A stretch of DNA of 60,584 nucleotides, filler included, from Barthelona sp. PAP020 (lineage: Eukaryota): assembly GCA_040182905.1 (NCBI GenBank). It is 3 parts of 3 records of this genome, joined end to end, with 100 filler letters (N's around TTAATTAATTAA, not from the genome) between each part and the next. Parts side by side here need not be neighbours in the genome. Positions count along the whole stretch, not along the records: positions 40,557 to 60,584 come from JARQWU010000195.1; 2 more parts are not named here. One strand, written 5' to 3'. Each line of letters opens with the position of its first letter. Position 1 is the stretch's first letter. The notes under the pieces were generated by a model. The model ran no database searches and was not told the DNA's origin. It saw only the letters and a program-made list of their open reading frames with translations. The position numbers were made by a program, and so were the translations under genes. Below are positions 43,158 to 54,307 of this stretch, piece after piece.

Positions 43158-44615
43158 TCAAAAGTCCTTTATATTCCAGAAGGTTTTAATAATAGAAAAG
43201 CAAACAATGTTATCATTGAAATGACCAAATAAAAAACTATTCGAATTTGTTTGCAACAGCATGTGTCGCAACCAACATTCAATAGCTTTATGGTTTTCCA
43301 AAAATTCCTTATTTTCTTCTTCCAACAAACTAAACAATTGCTTAATAACAAATTTAGAAATGATAATGTTATTTCCAGCAATATCCACACCTTTCCATGA
43401 AGAAACATTATTTCCTTCTGGCCAAACATCATACAGATCATATTTCAATCCTATTTTTAATTTACGAGATAAAAAATCTCGTTGGGATAGGACAGGAAAT
43501 GATTTATCAGTAAATAGAATACCAGAAGAAGTATCATTAAATAGTAATTCAAAAGGTTTAAAATGGTTGAGGGGTATGTAATTAATCTGTTCTTTAGCAA
43601 AAATCCATCCATATCCTAACGAAATTCCGTTGAAGAACTTCAAAAAATTAAACTGCTGAATCGATTCTGACAAAGGTACTTTCTCTAGCACACGAATATT
43701 TTCAACAATAAAACAATCATACAATGCATTGAAACGTGTTTTAATATATACAAAAGATTTCAAAAAATCTGAAAAATTTAAATATTTTTCAAGTGGAAAA
43801 AAAATATTATTTGAAGCAATGTTTGCCAATTCTGCCAGAATCCCAAAACCAATTGGTAATAAAGGAGATCTATTAATTGAACTATTCTTAGTTTTTGAAG
43901 TGCAAGAAATCAATCTAACAACGGTAAATTTCGTTGAAAAATAAAAATTAGTCGATTGATAACGTATCAATTCAACAATTTCATATTCAAAAACATAATC
44001 TTTATACGTTTTTAAAAGTTTCAACAGTTTAAAATCAAACTCAACATGAATATGACCAGAAAAGCATGTAAAAATTTTTTTTGTAAATGGAAGCAAGTAA
44101 CCACGGTAAGAATAGCGATTTGTCCTTTTGTTGTGTGAAAAATGCTTGGGAGCATAATTCACTCCACTAGTTTGAATGATATCTAAAGTCCCATTGTCAT
44201 TGATGATATTTGGTGGACTAAAAGAAACTGTTGAGAGAGGCCAAACATGTTGACATAATGGTGAATTAAATTTCAAAAATCCAAATTTCCTCAGAAAAAT
44301 GCACCGTTGAGAGGGATTTATTCTGAGTACTTGATCTTGAATTCTCGTTGAAATGTCAATAAAAACGTTAATCGAATCATTCAAAGGCAATGAAACAAAA
44401 AAAATTGGTTGTGATGGAAAAAACACAAAAAATAATTTAAAAGACCTTAAATTATTGAAAGAACAACCATTAAAATATAATAAAACTTCCCTATCATCAA
44501 ATAAAAGATAAGTACAATTTGACATTATTTTTAACTCAACCTTTTCCTCAATTTGACTGGAATGGAAACATATCGGTTGCTCATTCTGAATGATTTCAGA
44601 CAAGCTTACTTTCAT
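43158..44615 (-). CDS. Hypothetical protein (485 aa)
   Basis: Long ORF in AT-rich DNA; no motif recognised. Confidence 0.65.
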   Translation of the reverse strand: MKVSLSEIIQNEQPICFHSSQIEEKVELKIMSNCTYLLFDDREVLLYFNGCSFNNLRSFKLFFVFFPSQPIFFVSLPLNDSINVFIDISTRIQDQVLRINPSQRCIFLRKFGFLKFNSPLCQHVWPLSTVSFSPPNIINDNGTLDIIQTSGVNYAPKHFSHNKRTNRYSYRGYLLPFTKKIFTCFSGHIHVEFDFKLLKLLKTYKDYVFEYEIVELIRYQSTNFYFSTKFTVVRLISCTSKTKNSSINRSPLLPIGFGILAELANIASNNIFFPLEKYLNFSDFLKSFVYIKTRFNALYDCFIVENIRVLEKVPLSESIQQFNFLKFFNGISLGYGWIFAKEQINYIPLNHFKPFELLFNDTSSGILFTDKSFPVLSQRDFLSRKLKIGLKYDLYDVWPEGNNVSSWKGVDIAGNNIIISKFVIKQLFSLLEEENKEFLENHKAIECWLRHMLLQTNSNSFLFGHFNDNIVCFSIIKTFWNIKDF

Positions 44616-45283
44616 AAATTCACATCATTCAATCGAAAAGGAAAATCAATTGTAATTCTTTATTTTCCAATTTTCATCATAATTTACTCAAAAATCAAAA
44701 ATAAAGAAAAATAAGTTACTAATAAACTTAAAAATTATCATGGTTATGCAAAAACAATGCAAAACAACTGAAAATGAGGTTTGTCCCATTTTTGAATGAG
44801 AAAAATACCCAAATATTTTTATTGATGAGTTGCAATAACAAGGATTTGGTTTTAAAAGAAAAATAAAGAATTTGCTTGATTTTATTATTATCTCGAAGCA
44901 TTTTTTCTCTCAAACGTTGAATAAATGTATTTATGTGGAAGTTTAATATAACTTGCAGAAAAATTTATTCCTGAAGAAAACAGTTAAAAAAAAAATTTGT
45001 TGGTTCTTTATTCTGCAAGTTGAAAATTGCCTTAATGAATAATTTTAGTGTTAAATATACTTGCACTAATGCTAAAAGAAAAGTTAAATGGTTCAAAAGG
45101 GAAGAAACAGAGAGGAAGAACAGAATTTCACCTAGAATTCAGTGAATTTCCAGTTAACATATTCTTTGAAGAGCTTTCCAAATAAATTTTGGTAAAAACA
45201 AGAAATATTTTCAACAAACCAATGTATAAATGAAAAAGCTGAAAAAAAAAATCAAATGAAGTAATTTATAAGACTAAGGAATA

Positions 45284-48022
45284 TCATAATAATGGCTCTC
45301 TCTTTAACTTTGTGTCTTTTCCCAAAACGTCAAAGTTAATAATCATAAAATGTTCCAGTACCATTGTTTTTGGATTGGTTTTGGCAGTAATTTGAATTTC
45401 CAATCGTTGAAACAATTGAATCTTAACACCGTTAACAAGCGCAAATCTCTTGTGTGTGTCCACTTCAAAACTTCCAAATTCATCTGCTTTTAACTCACTT
45501 TCAAGGCCGTATTGAGAACACAACAGCACAATTGAATTATCTTTGATAAAAGTGACAACAGCATGAGTTGAATCAACTTTATTTAGCAAAATCAACATTG
45601 CATTCAGTGCCCAAGATTTTCTTCCCGTGCGGTCTGCAATTGTTTTACGGTAATTAAGATTGTTGCAAATTTTTGTGATGGTTTCCTTATCAGTAAAATC
45701 AGATGGTAATGTGTCTGCCTTAATTGCTGCGGCTAATAATCTATGAACCAATAAATCAGCATAACGTCGAATAGGTGAAGTGAAATGTGTGTAAATAGGA
45801 ACAGCAAGACCGTAATGTTGAAAACCACTCTCATCGTAGTCACTGGAAACGAAATAATTGGCCAAAGCCATGCATCTGGTGGTCATTATTTTGACATACT
45901 TTTCAAACTCCAAAGAATGCTTATTGAGACTATTTAATGATTTGGCCAGGCCTTTATTTGAACTCACATCAAGATGAACCCCAAAAGGCTTTAGAGTCTC
46001 CTGAAGCATATCAAAAGCTCCTGGTAATGGTTCGGGATGTCTTCTTAAAACAGCAAGACCTCGATATGAATCATATATCTTTTGTGCCGCATATTGATTA
46101 GCAAGAAGCATAAATTCTTCAACAAGAGAATGTGTGTCACCTGTTTGATATTCTTGCACAGAAACAGGCTTCATATTTTCATAATTTATTTCATTGAAAG
46201 TAAATTTAACAGCAGAAGAGGCCAAAGTTAATGCTCCCGCATCCAATCTTCCTTTTTTCAAAATTTGTGCAATTTTCCAAAGTCCTCTGATGCTATTGGT
46301 TAGGCTATCATTCTTTTCAGGATCGTTGATCATTTCCAAAGCAGCAGAGTATGTCAATGATGCTTTAGAAAGAATAATAGACTTGCGATAATCAACATTC
46401 AGCCATTGAACCTTTCCATCAACGACCTTTCCTTCCCATATAATGGAAAAAGCAAGTCTTTCAACATTGCAATTCAAAGAACAAAGGGCTTCCGACAGAA
46501 GTTTTGGTAACATATCTATTCTCTGTGTTGTAAGGTAGACGGTTGTTCCACGCTTTCGAGCCTCCAAATCTAACGAGTTTCCAGGACGAACAAAGTGAGA
46601 CACATCTGCAATATGAACTCCAATTTCAAAATTTCCATTTTCAAGATCAACGTAATGCAAACAATCATCAATATCTTTACAGTTAGGTGGGTCAATGGAA
46701 CATATTGGTTTTTCTGTGCAGTCCAATCTTTTTGCTCTTTCTTCATCAGGAATCCGCCAGTTGAATCCTTCAATTGGTAAACAAGCATTGATGACGGGAG
46801 TAAAAGCGTAATATGGAATTTGTCCCTCGATTAACAAACATTCTTCCTCAACCCTAGTTTCATTCACATAACCAACTGTTCTAACATAAGAACCTATTGG
46901 AGTTGCACTATCCACAGGCCAGTCTGAAATTCGAACAACAACACGTTGACCAACTGTGCTAACGCGTGTAGTTTCGGCTAAATTCACCAAAATTTTGGGA
47001 AACCTTTTATCAGTTGGATAGAATAACACTGGCCCCATCTTGTTTTCGTCGGGTTCATTTGACACTTCACCGACTTCAAAACTTCCAGTAATATCCCTCC
47101 AAGCTCTGCGTAAAATACCAACAACACATCCAATTGGAACTGTATTTTCTTCTTCTTGAATGCCATTATCCTGAACAACACTTCCAAGTTCGGAAAATTG
47201 AACCCAGTGGTCAATCGGACAAACCGAAAACGCAACCAAATCGCCTTCTGTCGCTCTTGATATGCTATTTGAATCAAGAAAATAGACTCGGCGTCCATAT
47301 TCCTTTGAGTTGACACTGGCTGTGACACCATCATCAAACATTCTTAAACAACCAACGAAAACCTCTTTTTTTAACCTTAATTTGGCAATCTCATCACTTG
47401 ACATGTGTGGCTTGTAGGATTTAAAGTTGACCTCGGTTTGAACTTCAAGAGGAATGTACGATATTTTATCAGGATATCTGTGTCTTACGAACGTATTTGG
47501 AGCAATGCAAGAAAGCTTGTGGTCACCCAAATCAAGTTCCTCATCACTCAATAAAATAATCTCAATATCATCAGAAATATGGTCTGCATAGTATTTTGCG
47601 GCGGCAACAACGTAATTAAATGAATCTATTTTTCCATTATCAGAAACATTTGGCTGTGAGGAGGCACAATGTTCATTGGGAAAATAGTAACAATTTTTCA
47701 GGGATGTTGAGTCTCTACCCACATCAAAGGACCTGTCTGAAATTAAGGACAACACACGTTCATATGAGAATTGGGACTTTTCCTTTATGTATTGAAGAGA
47801 ACTCTGCAAAATTACCAAATTAATATCATTCAATGTTTCAAAAAAAGAAATATAATTCATTAAAACTGCACCATCAGGAATAACAATCGAAACATTTTCT
47901 TCCAATTTTGCACTTGTTTGATAACATTCAGAACAACCTGCATAGGAACAGGGAATATCATCTCGAAGATGTTTAGAGGTCACGACTCGTTGAATATGTC
48001 CTGAACGCGTTATCTTAAACAT
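45284..48022 (-). CDS. DIS3: Exosome catalytic subunit DIS3/Rrp44
   Basis: HLRDDIPC...C..C (CR3), PIN-like domain, RNB motifs SIDPPNCKDIDD, GVHIADVSHFV, EEFMLLAN, YTHFTSPIRRYADLLVHR. Confidence 0.95.
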   Translation of the reverse strand: MFKITRSGHIQRVVTSKHLRDDIPCSYAGCSECYQTSAKLEENVSIVIPDGAVLMNYISFFETLNDINLVILQSSLQYIKEKSQFSYERVLSLISDRSFDVGRDSTSLKNCYYFPNEHCASSQPNVSDNGKIDSFNYVVAAAKYYADHISDDIEIILLSDEELDLGDHKLSCIAPNTFVRHRYPDKISYIPLEVQTEVNFKSYKPHMSSDEIAKLRLKKEVFVGCLRMFDDGVTASVNSKEYGRRVYFLDSNSISRATEGDLVAFSVCPIDHWVQFSELGSVVQDNGIQEEENTVPIGCVVGILRRAWRDITGSFEVGEVSNEPDENKMGPVLFYPTDKRFPKILVNLAETTRVSTVGQRVVVRISDWPVDSATPIGSYVRTVGYVNETRVEEECLLIEGQIPYYAFTPVINACLPIEGFNWRIPDEERAKRLDCTEKPICSIDPPNCKDIDDCLHYVDLENGNFEIGVHIADVSHFVRPGNSLDLEARKRGTTVYLTTQRIDMLPKLLSEALCSLNCNVERLAFSIIWEGKVVDGKVQWLNVDYRKSIILSKASLTYSAALEMINDPEKNDSLTNSIRGLWKIAQILKKGRLDAGALTLASSAVKFTFNEINYENMKPVSVQEYQTGDTHSLVEEFMLLANQYAAQKIYDSYRGLAVLRRHPEPLPGAFDMLQETLKPFGVHLDVSSNKGLAKSLNSLNKHSLEFEKYVKIMTTRCMALANYFVSSDYDESGFQHYGLAVPIYTHFTSPIRRYADLLVHRLLAAAIKADTLPSDFTDKETITKICNNLNYRKTIADRTGRKSWALNAMLILLNKVDSTHAVVTFIKDNSIVLLCSQYGLESELKADEFGSFEVDTHKRFALVNGVKIQLFQRLEIQITAKTNPKTMVLEHFMIINFDVLGKDTKLKREPLL

Positions 48023-48183
48023 TTCAAAAGAAAAAAATAATTGGAATCCATTTTTTTTTCATCAAGTACTGTACTGTGAAATTACACAATCTAATTAATG
48101 TTTTACATAAAAAATTGAGAAAATATAGACAAACAAGAGAAATTGTTTTGAGAACTTTCTTTTTTTTCTTGTTGTCAATTGTT

Positions 48184-50814
48184 ATGCATCGTACTCCATC
48201 AACGAAAAACACATCTTATCGTGCGATGAGTTCATCCGATTATGGAACTCTACATTCAATAATTGCGCATCAGGATTTTCATGATTACAATCATCATGAG
48301 TTAAGATATTATGACAGTTTGAATTCAAGTTCTAGTTTTAGTTCATCTGGTGGATTTGCAAAGAAATCAAGTTCGTCCAGTGGTGGATTTTCGAAAAGTT
48401 CAGGTGGTTTTGGTAAATCCTCCAAAACCTCTGCATTTGGAAAAAAGGAAGATAAAGAAGAAAAGAAATCATCTTTATTTGGGAAGAAGGATGAAAAGAA
48501 AAGCTCTATTTTTTCAAAAAAAAAAGATGATGAGGAAAAGAAATCGTCCTTGTGGGGAAGTAAGGATTCAAAGGATTCCAAGCCTGCTGTACAACAACAC
48601 ATTGTACCCATTTCTCAACAACTTCAACTTGTCGTTCCAGGTGTTCCAGACATAACTACAAACAAAACATTTTCAAACAGACCTAAAGGTCTATTCCAAG
48701 GAAAATCCGGAACATCTAGTCTTCAATTAAAGGTTCAACCCAAAGAGAAATCACCAACTAAATCAATTGCTAAAACTGTGTCTCCAAAATTGATTAAATC
48801 ACGATTAAATGTTGAGAAATTCAAAAATGTTGCTAAAATACCAACTTTAAATCAAAGAGCGTCTCTTTTTAAAACCGAGAAGCCTGTAAAACTTACAAGA
48901 TCCGTTCTGGTTGATACACCCAGTTTTATGACATCTCACAGATCACGTAAAACTCTTAAAATTACCACTCAACCTCCAACTGACCATGTAATGACCCCAG
49001 GAAAGAGTACACTCACAAATGATTTTCTTACACCTTCGAGGGGCATTCGTAGTGATATTGGCACCACACCTGGTTGGGCAAATGCCACGCCTCAATATCC
49101 ATTTGTTTCTGATACTCTCAACAACATTTCATTGCCCGAAACTACTGGTCAAACTGAAAGTCCAATGCCTATCCTTCCACCGGAAATGCCTATTTTTACA
49201 AAACAAGGATATTCAATTCAGCCTTCTTTGTCAGAACTTGAAAATATGAGCAGGAAGGAGCTTGAAAGCGTCAGAGGATTCACTATTGAAAACAGCTTTG
49301 GTTGCATCAAATGGATGAATTCAGTTGATTTGAATGGAGTCAATATTGATGAGGCAGTGAATATTTTTGATGCTGAAGTTGTTGTCTATGATAATGAGGC
49401 AACAAAGCCTCCTGTTGGACAAAAATTGAATGGTAGAGCTATTGTTACTCTTTATAATATCTTTCCCAGTCCCGAAATGTCTGATAAGGAATTCGAAAAT
49501 ATGATTGTTGATATTACCGCAGAAATTGATGCCAAATTTATTAGTTATTCTGCAGACGGAAAATGGTCGTTTGAAGTTGCTCATTTCTCTAAATATGGAC
49601 TGAAACAAGTTCAATCCAGCAAACAAAGAACGTTTAATAAAAGAAGTCGCAAAAATGCATGGGTTGAACTTCTGTCTGAAACTGACATTATCAAGGAGAA
49701 GGATTTGTATCTAGAATTATTGAGCAGTTGTCAGATGTGTAACAGCATTCATGGATACTACACCTCAGACTCATTGGGAAATATTGATGTGTTAGAATTT
49801 TCAAAATGTAAAAATTCTCATTTTCGCAAGAATATTGAACTTTTTAAGCTTCTATTCATAGAAAAAGGTACAAAAAAGCCATTAGCGAATGAATTTGATT
49901 TGATTCCTGAAGAATCGTTTGATGTTTGGATGGATTTGTACGTTAAATGGTTAAAACCATTGTTGAACCAACAATATGACAAAGTGTTTGAATATTTCAA
50001 AAAAACTTTTGCTTCTGAACAAGCTGACTATTATTTAGAAGTTCTATGCAGCTTGGTTGTTTTGAACTTTGAAAAAGCCGCAAATCTATGTATCAAGAAT
50101 AAAGATTACAATTTAGCTTTATTAGTAGGTCAGATAACAAGTGGGCTTTGTCGTCAAGGTATTGTTGAATGGTTAAAAGATGTAAACAACTTTGAATTTA
50201 GTCAAATGAATGTATTTAAGCAAAATATATATCTGTTACTGGCAGGCGATATTTCTTGTTTGTATCATTTTCCTTTTGTCTTTCAATTTGCCGGAATAAT
50301 GACGTTCTATTCAGAGCCTGGCTCAACAATGACCACATTTTTAGCAGATTTTGATGATTTGATCAAGCAAAATTACTTAGCTACTCCAAAAAATAGTTTA
50401 GAAGAACATTTCATCAGATTATATGTTGATCCCAATTATTCTTTTACTGTGTCAAGTCATGTGCATAAAATGACTGCTTTGGAAACGTTCATCATTTTGG
50501 AGTTGTTAAAAAGATGTGGTTATTCTTTCGTTGAGGAAACTTATGACAAAACAGGCTTTGAAGCATTGATTGAGTTGCATTCTCAAGGAAAAAATTATAA
50601 ATCCATTTTGTCTTTAGTTAACAAGGAAGTGCAGGAATATTTCTTGAGAATCTCTGGCTCAAAAGGATTTGAATCATTTGAACCAAGGGAAATAGAACCA
50701 AAATTTTCCTCTTCAAACGAATTTGACAATGTGTTTTCTTATTTGTTACAACAGGATTCTAATTCCACTCAATATTGGAACAAAGCATTTAGTCAATTGT
50801 TATCTACAATTTAG
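48184..50814 (+). CDS. NUP98: Nucleoporin Nup98-Nup96 precursor (Nup145-like)
   Basis: GLEBS-like HSIIAHQDFHDYNHHELRYYD, a few FG-like motifs, autoprotease domain KPPVGQKLN...WSFEVAHFSKYGL, Nup96-like helical part. ATG at 48184. Confidence 0.88.
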   Translation: MHRTPSTKNTSYRAMSSSDYGTLHSIIAHQDFHDYNHHELRYYDSLNSSSSFSSSGGFAKKSSSSSGGFSKSSGGFGKSSKTSAFGKKEDKEEKKSSLFGKKDEKKSSIFSKKKDDEEKKSSLWGSKDSKDSKPAVQQHIVPISQQLQLVVPGVPDITTNKTFSNRPKGLFQGKSGTSSLQLKVQPKEKSPTKSIAKTVSPKLIKSRLNVEKFKNVAKIPTLNQRASLFKTEKPVKLTRSVLVDTPSFMTSHRSRKTLKITTQPPTDHVMTPGKSTLTNDFLTPSRGIRSDIGTTPGWANATPQYPFVSDTLNNISLPETTGQTESPMPILPPEMPIFTKQGYSIQPSLSELENMSRKELESVRGFTIENSFGCIKWMNSVDLNGVNIDEAVNIFDAEVVVYDNEATKPPVGQKLNGRAIVTLYNIFPSPEMSDKEFENMIVDITAEIDAKFISYSADGKWSFEVAHFSKYGLKQVQSSKQRTFNKRSRKNAWVELLSETDIIKEKDLYLELLSSCQMCNSIHGYYTSDSLGNIDVLEFSKCKNSHFRKNIELFKLLFIEKGTKKPLANEFDLIPEESFDVWMDLYVKWLKPLLNQQYDKVFEYFKKTFASEQADYYLEVLCSLVVLNFEKAANLCIKNKDYNLALLVGQITSGLCRQGIVEWLKDVNNFEFSQMNVFKQNIYLLLAGDISCLYHFPFVFQFAGIMTFYSEPGSTMTTFLADFDDLIKQNYLATPKNSLEEHFIRLYVDPNYSFTVSSHVHKMTALETFIILELLKRCGYSFVEETYDKTGFEALIELHSQGKNYKSILSLVNKEVQEYFLRISGSKGFESFEPREIEPKFSSSNEFDNVFSYLLQQDSNSTQYWNKAFSQLLSTI

Positions 50815-51160
50815 AATATAAATACAAACAAATGTGTTTTCACTTTTTTTTCATTGTTTCATTGATTGTTTCTTTTCATATGAAAATTTTCTTCAAACGA
50901 TTATTTATTTTTGTTTTTATTTTTAAATATAAGGGAAAACCATTGGCTTTTCAATCAAAACAATAAATTATTTTAAAGACGTTATTTATTTTTATTAAAA
51001 AATTTCAATGGCTGCCAATTAGTTAATAATAAAATAATCTAGTGCAAATTCAGAGGGCATTCACAAAAAAAAATTTGTGTAATGGAAGGGGTGGAGAAAC
51101 GACAATTTTTTTTTTGTTGATTATTCGTTTGTATTTATCGTTTGAATAATATTTATTTGA

Positions 51161-53029
51161 ATGTTCTCTTCGAAATATCAAGGAGGACCATATTTTACTT
51201 TATTATCTTTGAAAGGTGGGAATTCTACTAAATTATGGGGTGAAAAAGGGACCATTATCAAAAGATATGACAAAATATTGAAAGGTTCATGTCTTGACTT
51301 AAATCGAAACTCCACACTTTCTTTGCCGAAAGACAAAAATCTTAAATGTGGGTTGACACAGCCATTTCTTTTAATTCAATTATTTTTTCCAATCGGAAGT
51401 ATATTAAGGTTTGAATTAACATTAGGACATTTGACAAATAATCAGCAATATCGATTATTCTTCAGTACTTCTTTTAAGAATTTTGAAATTACATCTCTTC
51501 ATTCAAAGATTCCTTTACAAACCACTTGTATAATTCCTGGGCGTTGGAATTCTTTAATAATAGATTTATCTGCATTTAGTCAAGCTTTAACACATGAAAC
51601 ATTCCATACTTTAGAAACTATATCAATTACTGGTAATTGCAAGATACGTCTAATCACAACCTTGAGAGATTCACCAGAACAATCGGCAGATATTTTGTCA
51701 ACTGCACCATTTTCTTTTCGTCAAGGAGTTGATTGTGAATGGAGTTATTTGAGGCCAACAAATGAAGTTTCAAATTTGCTTTCAACCCCTCAAAATAAAA
51801 GAGATGAAATGAAGCAAGAAAAGAAATCTTCAGATGTTGGAAGCTATAGAAGTTCAAGATACCCCACAACCCATCCTTCTTCAGCTTCAGTATCTTCAAG
51901 AAAGAACTCATATTTATCTTCTGATGATAGAGTTTCTAGTCGAGATTCAACTAGATCCGCACCTGTGTCAAGATCGTTATCTAGAATGCAATCAAGAAAT
52001 AATAACAACTCTGCAAGATTGACATCTTTGAATCGTCCTATAAAAGCAGGTAAAATGCAAAGGAAATTAGAGAATGTTGAGAAGGATGATAATGAACGAG
52101 ATCTTTTTGTTTTTGGAAAGCAAGCATCTTTTCAAAAAAGCGGTGAAAATGAAAATAAAATTTCTACTCCATTATTATCACACAAAAATCCAAATTTATT
52201 CACAAATGTTGATAATAAAAAGGAACGTGAAAATGAAAATATGATATACCAAAGACCACCCACACCTACAAGATCAATTGCTCCAAAGGTTGATGAAAAT
52301 AATAAAAAAAGAGTGACAACTCCAAGATATCAAGATCATTTTGATCAATTAGGGACCGAAAGACCAGAAACAGCCTCTAAAATGAAAGTTTCACTGAATA
52401 ATTATTCTTTATCTTCTCAGCATTTATCTCAAAGTGATATCAATAACAACGTCATTAGTCCAGGCTTAAAATCTGGTCATCGAATTATTACGGGATCACA
52501 ATCAAACTTTGCTGACTTTGCGATCAATAATTTGAGAGAAAACACCATTACTTTGACAGGTTTTCAAACAGCTCATAACACTGCCACATCTCACAATCCT
52601 CATAATGTTTCCCATTATTCAGCAGATTCCGACTTTGCTAAACCACCTATCGATCCTTTAAGCAATTTTTTGAATTCTGATTTTCAAAATAAACCCAGTG
52701 AAACTGAAACAGAACCTAAAATTTTATCCTTAAAAAGACAATCAGCATTAGATTCTGATTCTGACAATGACATCAATGATGAAATGATTATTGACAAATT
52801 TGATGATATCCAAGATAATTTTGGTTATTCCAAAAATAAAAAGGGGGTTGATGTGGAGAACATGAGTTTAGATAACATTGGAGCTTGGAACAATGATTCC
52901 AATTCTGATTTTTTTGAGAATTTACCACAAAAACAATTTTCTCCAAAAAAAGAAGTTGAATTATTGTTTGATCCTACATCGAGGCGTTATTTTGACCCTA
53001 AAACAGGACAATATTATGAAACTGTTTAA
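51161..53029 (+). CDS. CFAP20DC: CFAP20-domain protein (CFAP20DC/C3orf67-like)
   Basis: N-terminal MF...YQGGPYFTLLS and CFAP20/DUF667 domain (LTQPFLLIQ, WNSLIIDL); C-terminal LLFDP...YFDPKTGQYYE. Confidence 0.8.
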   Translation: MFSSKYQGGPYFTLLSLKGGNSTKLWGEKGTIIKRYDKILKGSCLDLNRNSTLSLPKDKNLKCGLTQPFLLIQLFFPIGSILRFELTLGHLTNNQQYRLFFSTSFKNFEITSLHSKIPLQTTCIIPGRWNSLIIDLSAFSQALTHETFHTLETISITGNCKIRLITTLRDSPEQSADILSTAPFSFRQGVDCEWSYLRPTNEVSNLLSTPQNKRDEMKQEKKSSDVGSYRSSRYPTTHPSSASVSSRKNSYLSSDDRVSSRDSTRSAPVSRSLSRMQSRNNNNSARLTSLNRPIKAGKMQRKLENVEKDDNERDLFVFGKQASFQKSGENENKISTPLLSHKNPNLFTNVDNKKERENENMIYQRPPTPTRSIAPKVDENNKKRVTTPRYQDHFDQLGTERPETASKMKVSLNNYSLSSQHLSQSDINNNVISPGLKSGHRIITGSQSNFADFAINNLRENTITLTGFQTAHNTATSHNPHNVSHYSADSDFAKPPIDPLSNFLNSDFQNKPSETETEPKILSLKRQSALDSDSDNDINDEMIIDKFDDIQDNFGYSKNKKGVDVENMSLDNIGAWNNDSNSDFFENLPQKQFSPKKEVELLFDPTSRRYFDPKTGQYYETV

Positions 53030-53144
53030 CTTTTTTAAATGATTAATTTAGAAAAACATTCGTAAATAGTTAGTATTTGTTATTTATTATTAATAATTAG
53101 TATTATCATTGTGTTATTACTATTAAAATATTTAGATATAGTTG

Positions 53145-53375
53145 ATGATTCTGCTTATTTCTTTTATCTTTCTTCTAATACTGATTGTCGCCATTATATT
53201 ATGGAAAGCTAACTTTAGTATTTCTTCTGACACCCCAATACAACATTTACAACCTTTAAAGTACAAAGAAAAAGAGGAATTTGTTCATTTTGGTAAAGAA
53301 TTGCAACCAATAGAAGAAGAAAATTTGGCAACAACCTCACCAAAGATTATTTTAAAACAACCATCTTCTCCTTAA
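53145..53375 (+). CDS. Small putative membrane protein
   Basis: Short ORF with an N-terminal hydrophobic helix and a hydrophilic tail; no homology recognised. Confidence 0.35.
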   Translation: MILLISFIFLLILIVAIILWKANFSISSDTPIQHLQPLKYKEKEEFVHFGKELQPIEEENLATTSPKIILKQPSSP

Positions 53376-53427
53376 TCAAAAATGTGAGTTAAAAAATTTG
53401 ATAGAAACAAAAAACAAGACAACTAAT

Positions 53428-54090
53428 TTACAAATCATTCAAACCTTTATAAAGTTCTGCAACTAATTGTGGTTGAATTTTTTTGATTGTTGAAAGGAGT
53501 TTTTCATTTAACGTGTTGTTGAAACTAATTTTGCGATCCGAACAAAAAATAATCACACCCCCGTAAGCTTGACGATCTAAGTGTTCATTTTCAATGACTT
53601 TGCATGTTTCTAATTCAATTTCAGTGATTTCAAAATATTTTTCCTTTAAACGTGAAATAAACTCATCATTAAAAACACTCACATCTTCTTTGGTCATTAA
53701 CAGTTCAAATCTATTTTCTAAAAGCGCAACCATTCCTTCTAAAATAAAGTTGAATAATATTTCTTCTTTTTTGTCATTGTAGGAGAAAATCATATCATCG
53801 TGAACTTTTTTTAACATTTCATCGAGAGCTTCTTGTTTAGCCTTTAAATAAACAAGATTGGAATTAATTTTTAAATTAGACTTCAAAATACGTTCTTGAT
53901 TTGATAAATCTTTCAATTTTTTGTCATAATATTCATCAATTGCCGTTTTTTCCTTTCCAATTTGCGTTTGTTTTAATTTTTCGGCCTCTTTTTTTGAAGT
54001 GAACTTGATTTCATTTGCTTGTTCATAAGCTTCTGCATCAATAAATTGAACCATTCGATGAATGGTTTGTTCAGCCCCTGAATAATTCAT
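53428..54090 (-). CDS. VMA4: V-type ATPase subunit E
   Basis: IHRMVQFIDAEAYEQANEI at the N-terminus; GGVII...KISFNNTL..L...LY at the C-terminus; 220 aa. Confidence 0.9.
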   Translation of the reverse strand: MNYSGAEQTIHRMVQFIDAEAYEQANEIKFTSKKEAEKLKQTQIGKEKTAIDEYYDKKLKDLSNQERILKSNLKINSNLVYLKAKQEALDEMLKKVHDDMIFSYNDKKEEILFNFILEGMVALLENRFELLMTKEDVSVFNDEFISRLKEKYFEITEIELETCKVIENEHLDRQAYGGVIIFCSDRKISFNNTLNEKLLSTIKKIQPQLVAELYKGLNDL

Positions 54091-54307
54091 GGATGTGAAA
54101 AATTAAAATGTGGGAAAAAAATATTTTCTTTAAATAAATATCTTATGAAATTTCAATGAAATAACTTTTTTATGTGTTCAAAAGACATGTGGGAGGTGAA
54201 GTAAAAAAAAAAAAAATGATAATCATTGGGAACAATATTAAAAAAGAGAAGCGATAATCTCCCAATCAAGACAATGCCTTTCTTTTCCTCCCTTTAGTTT
54301 TTCAAAC

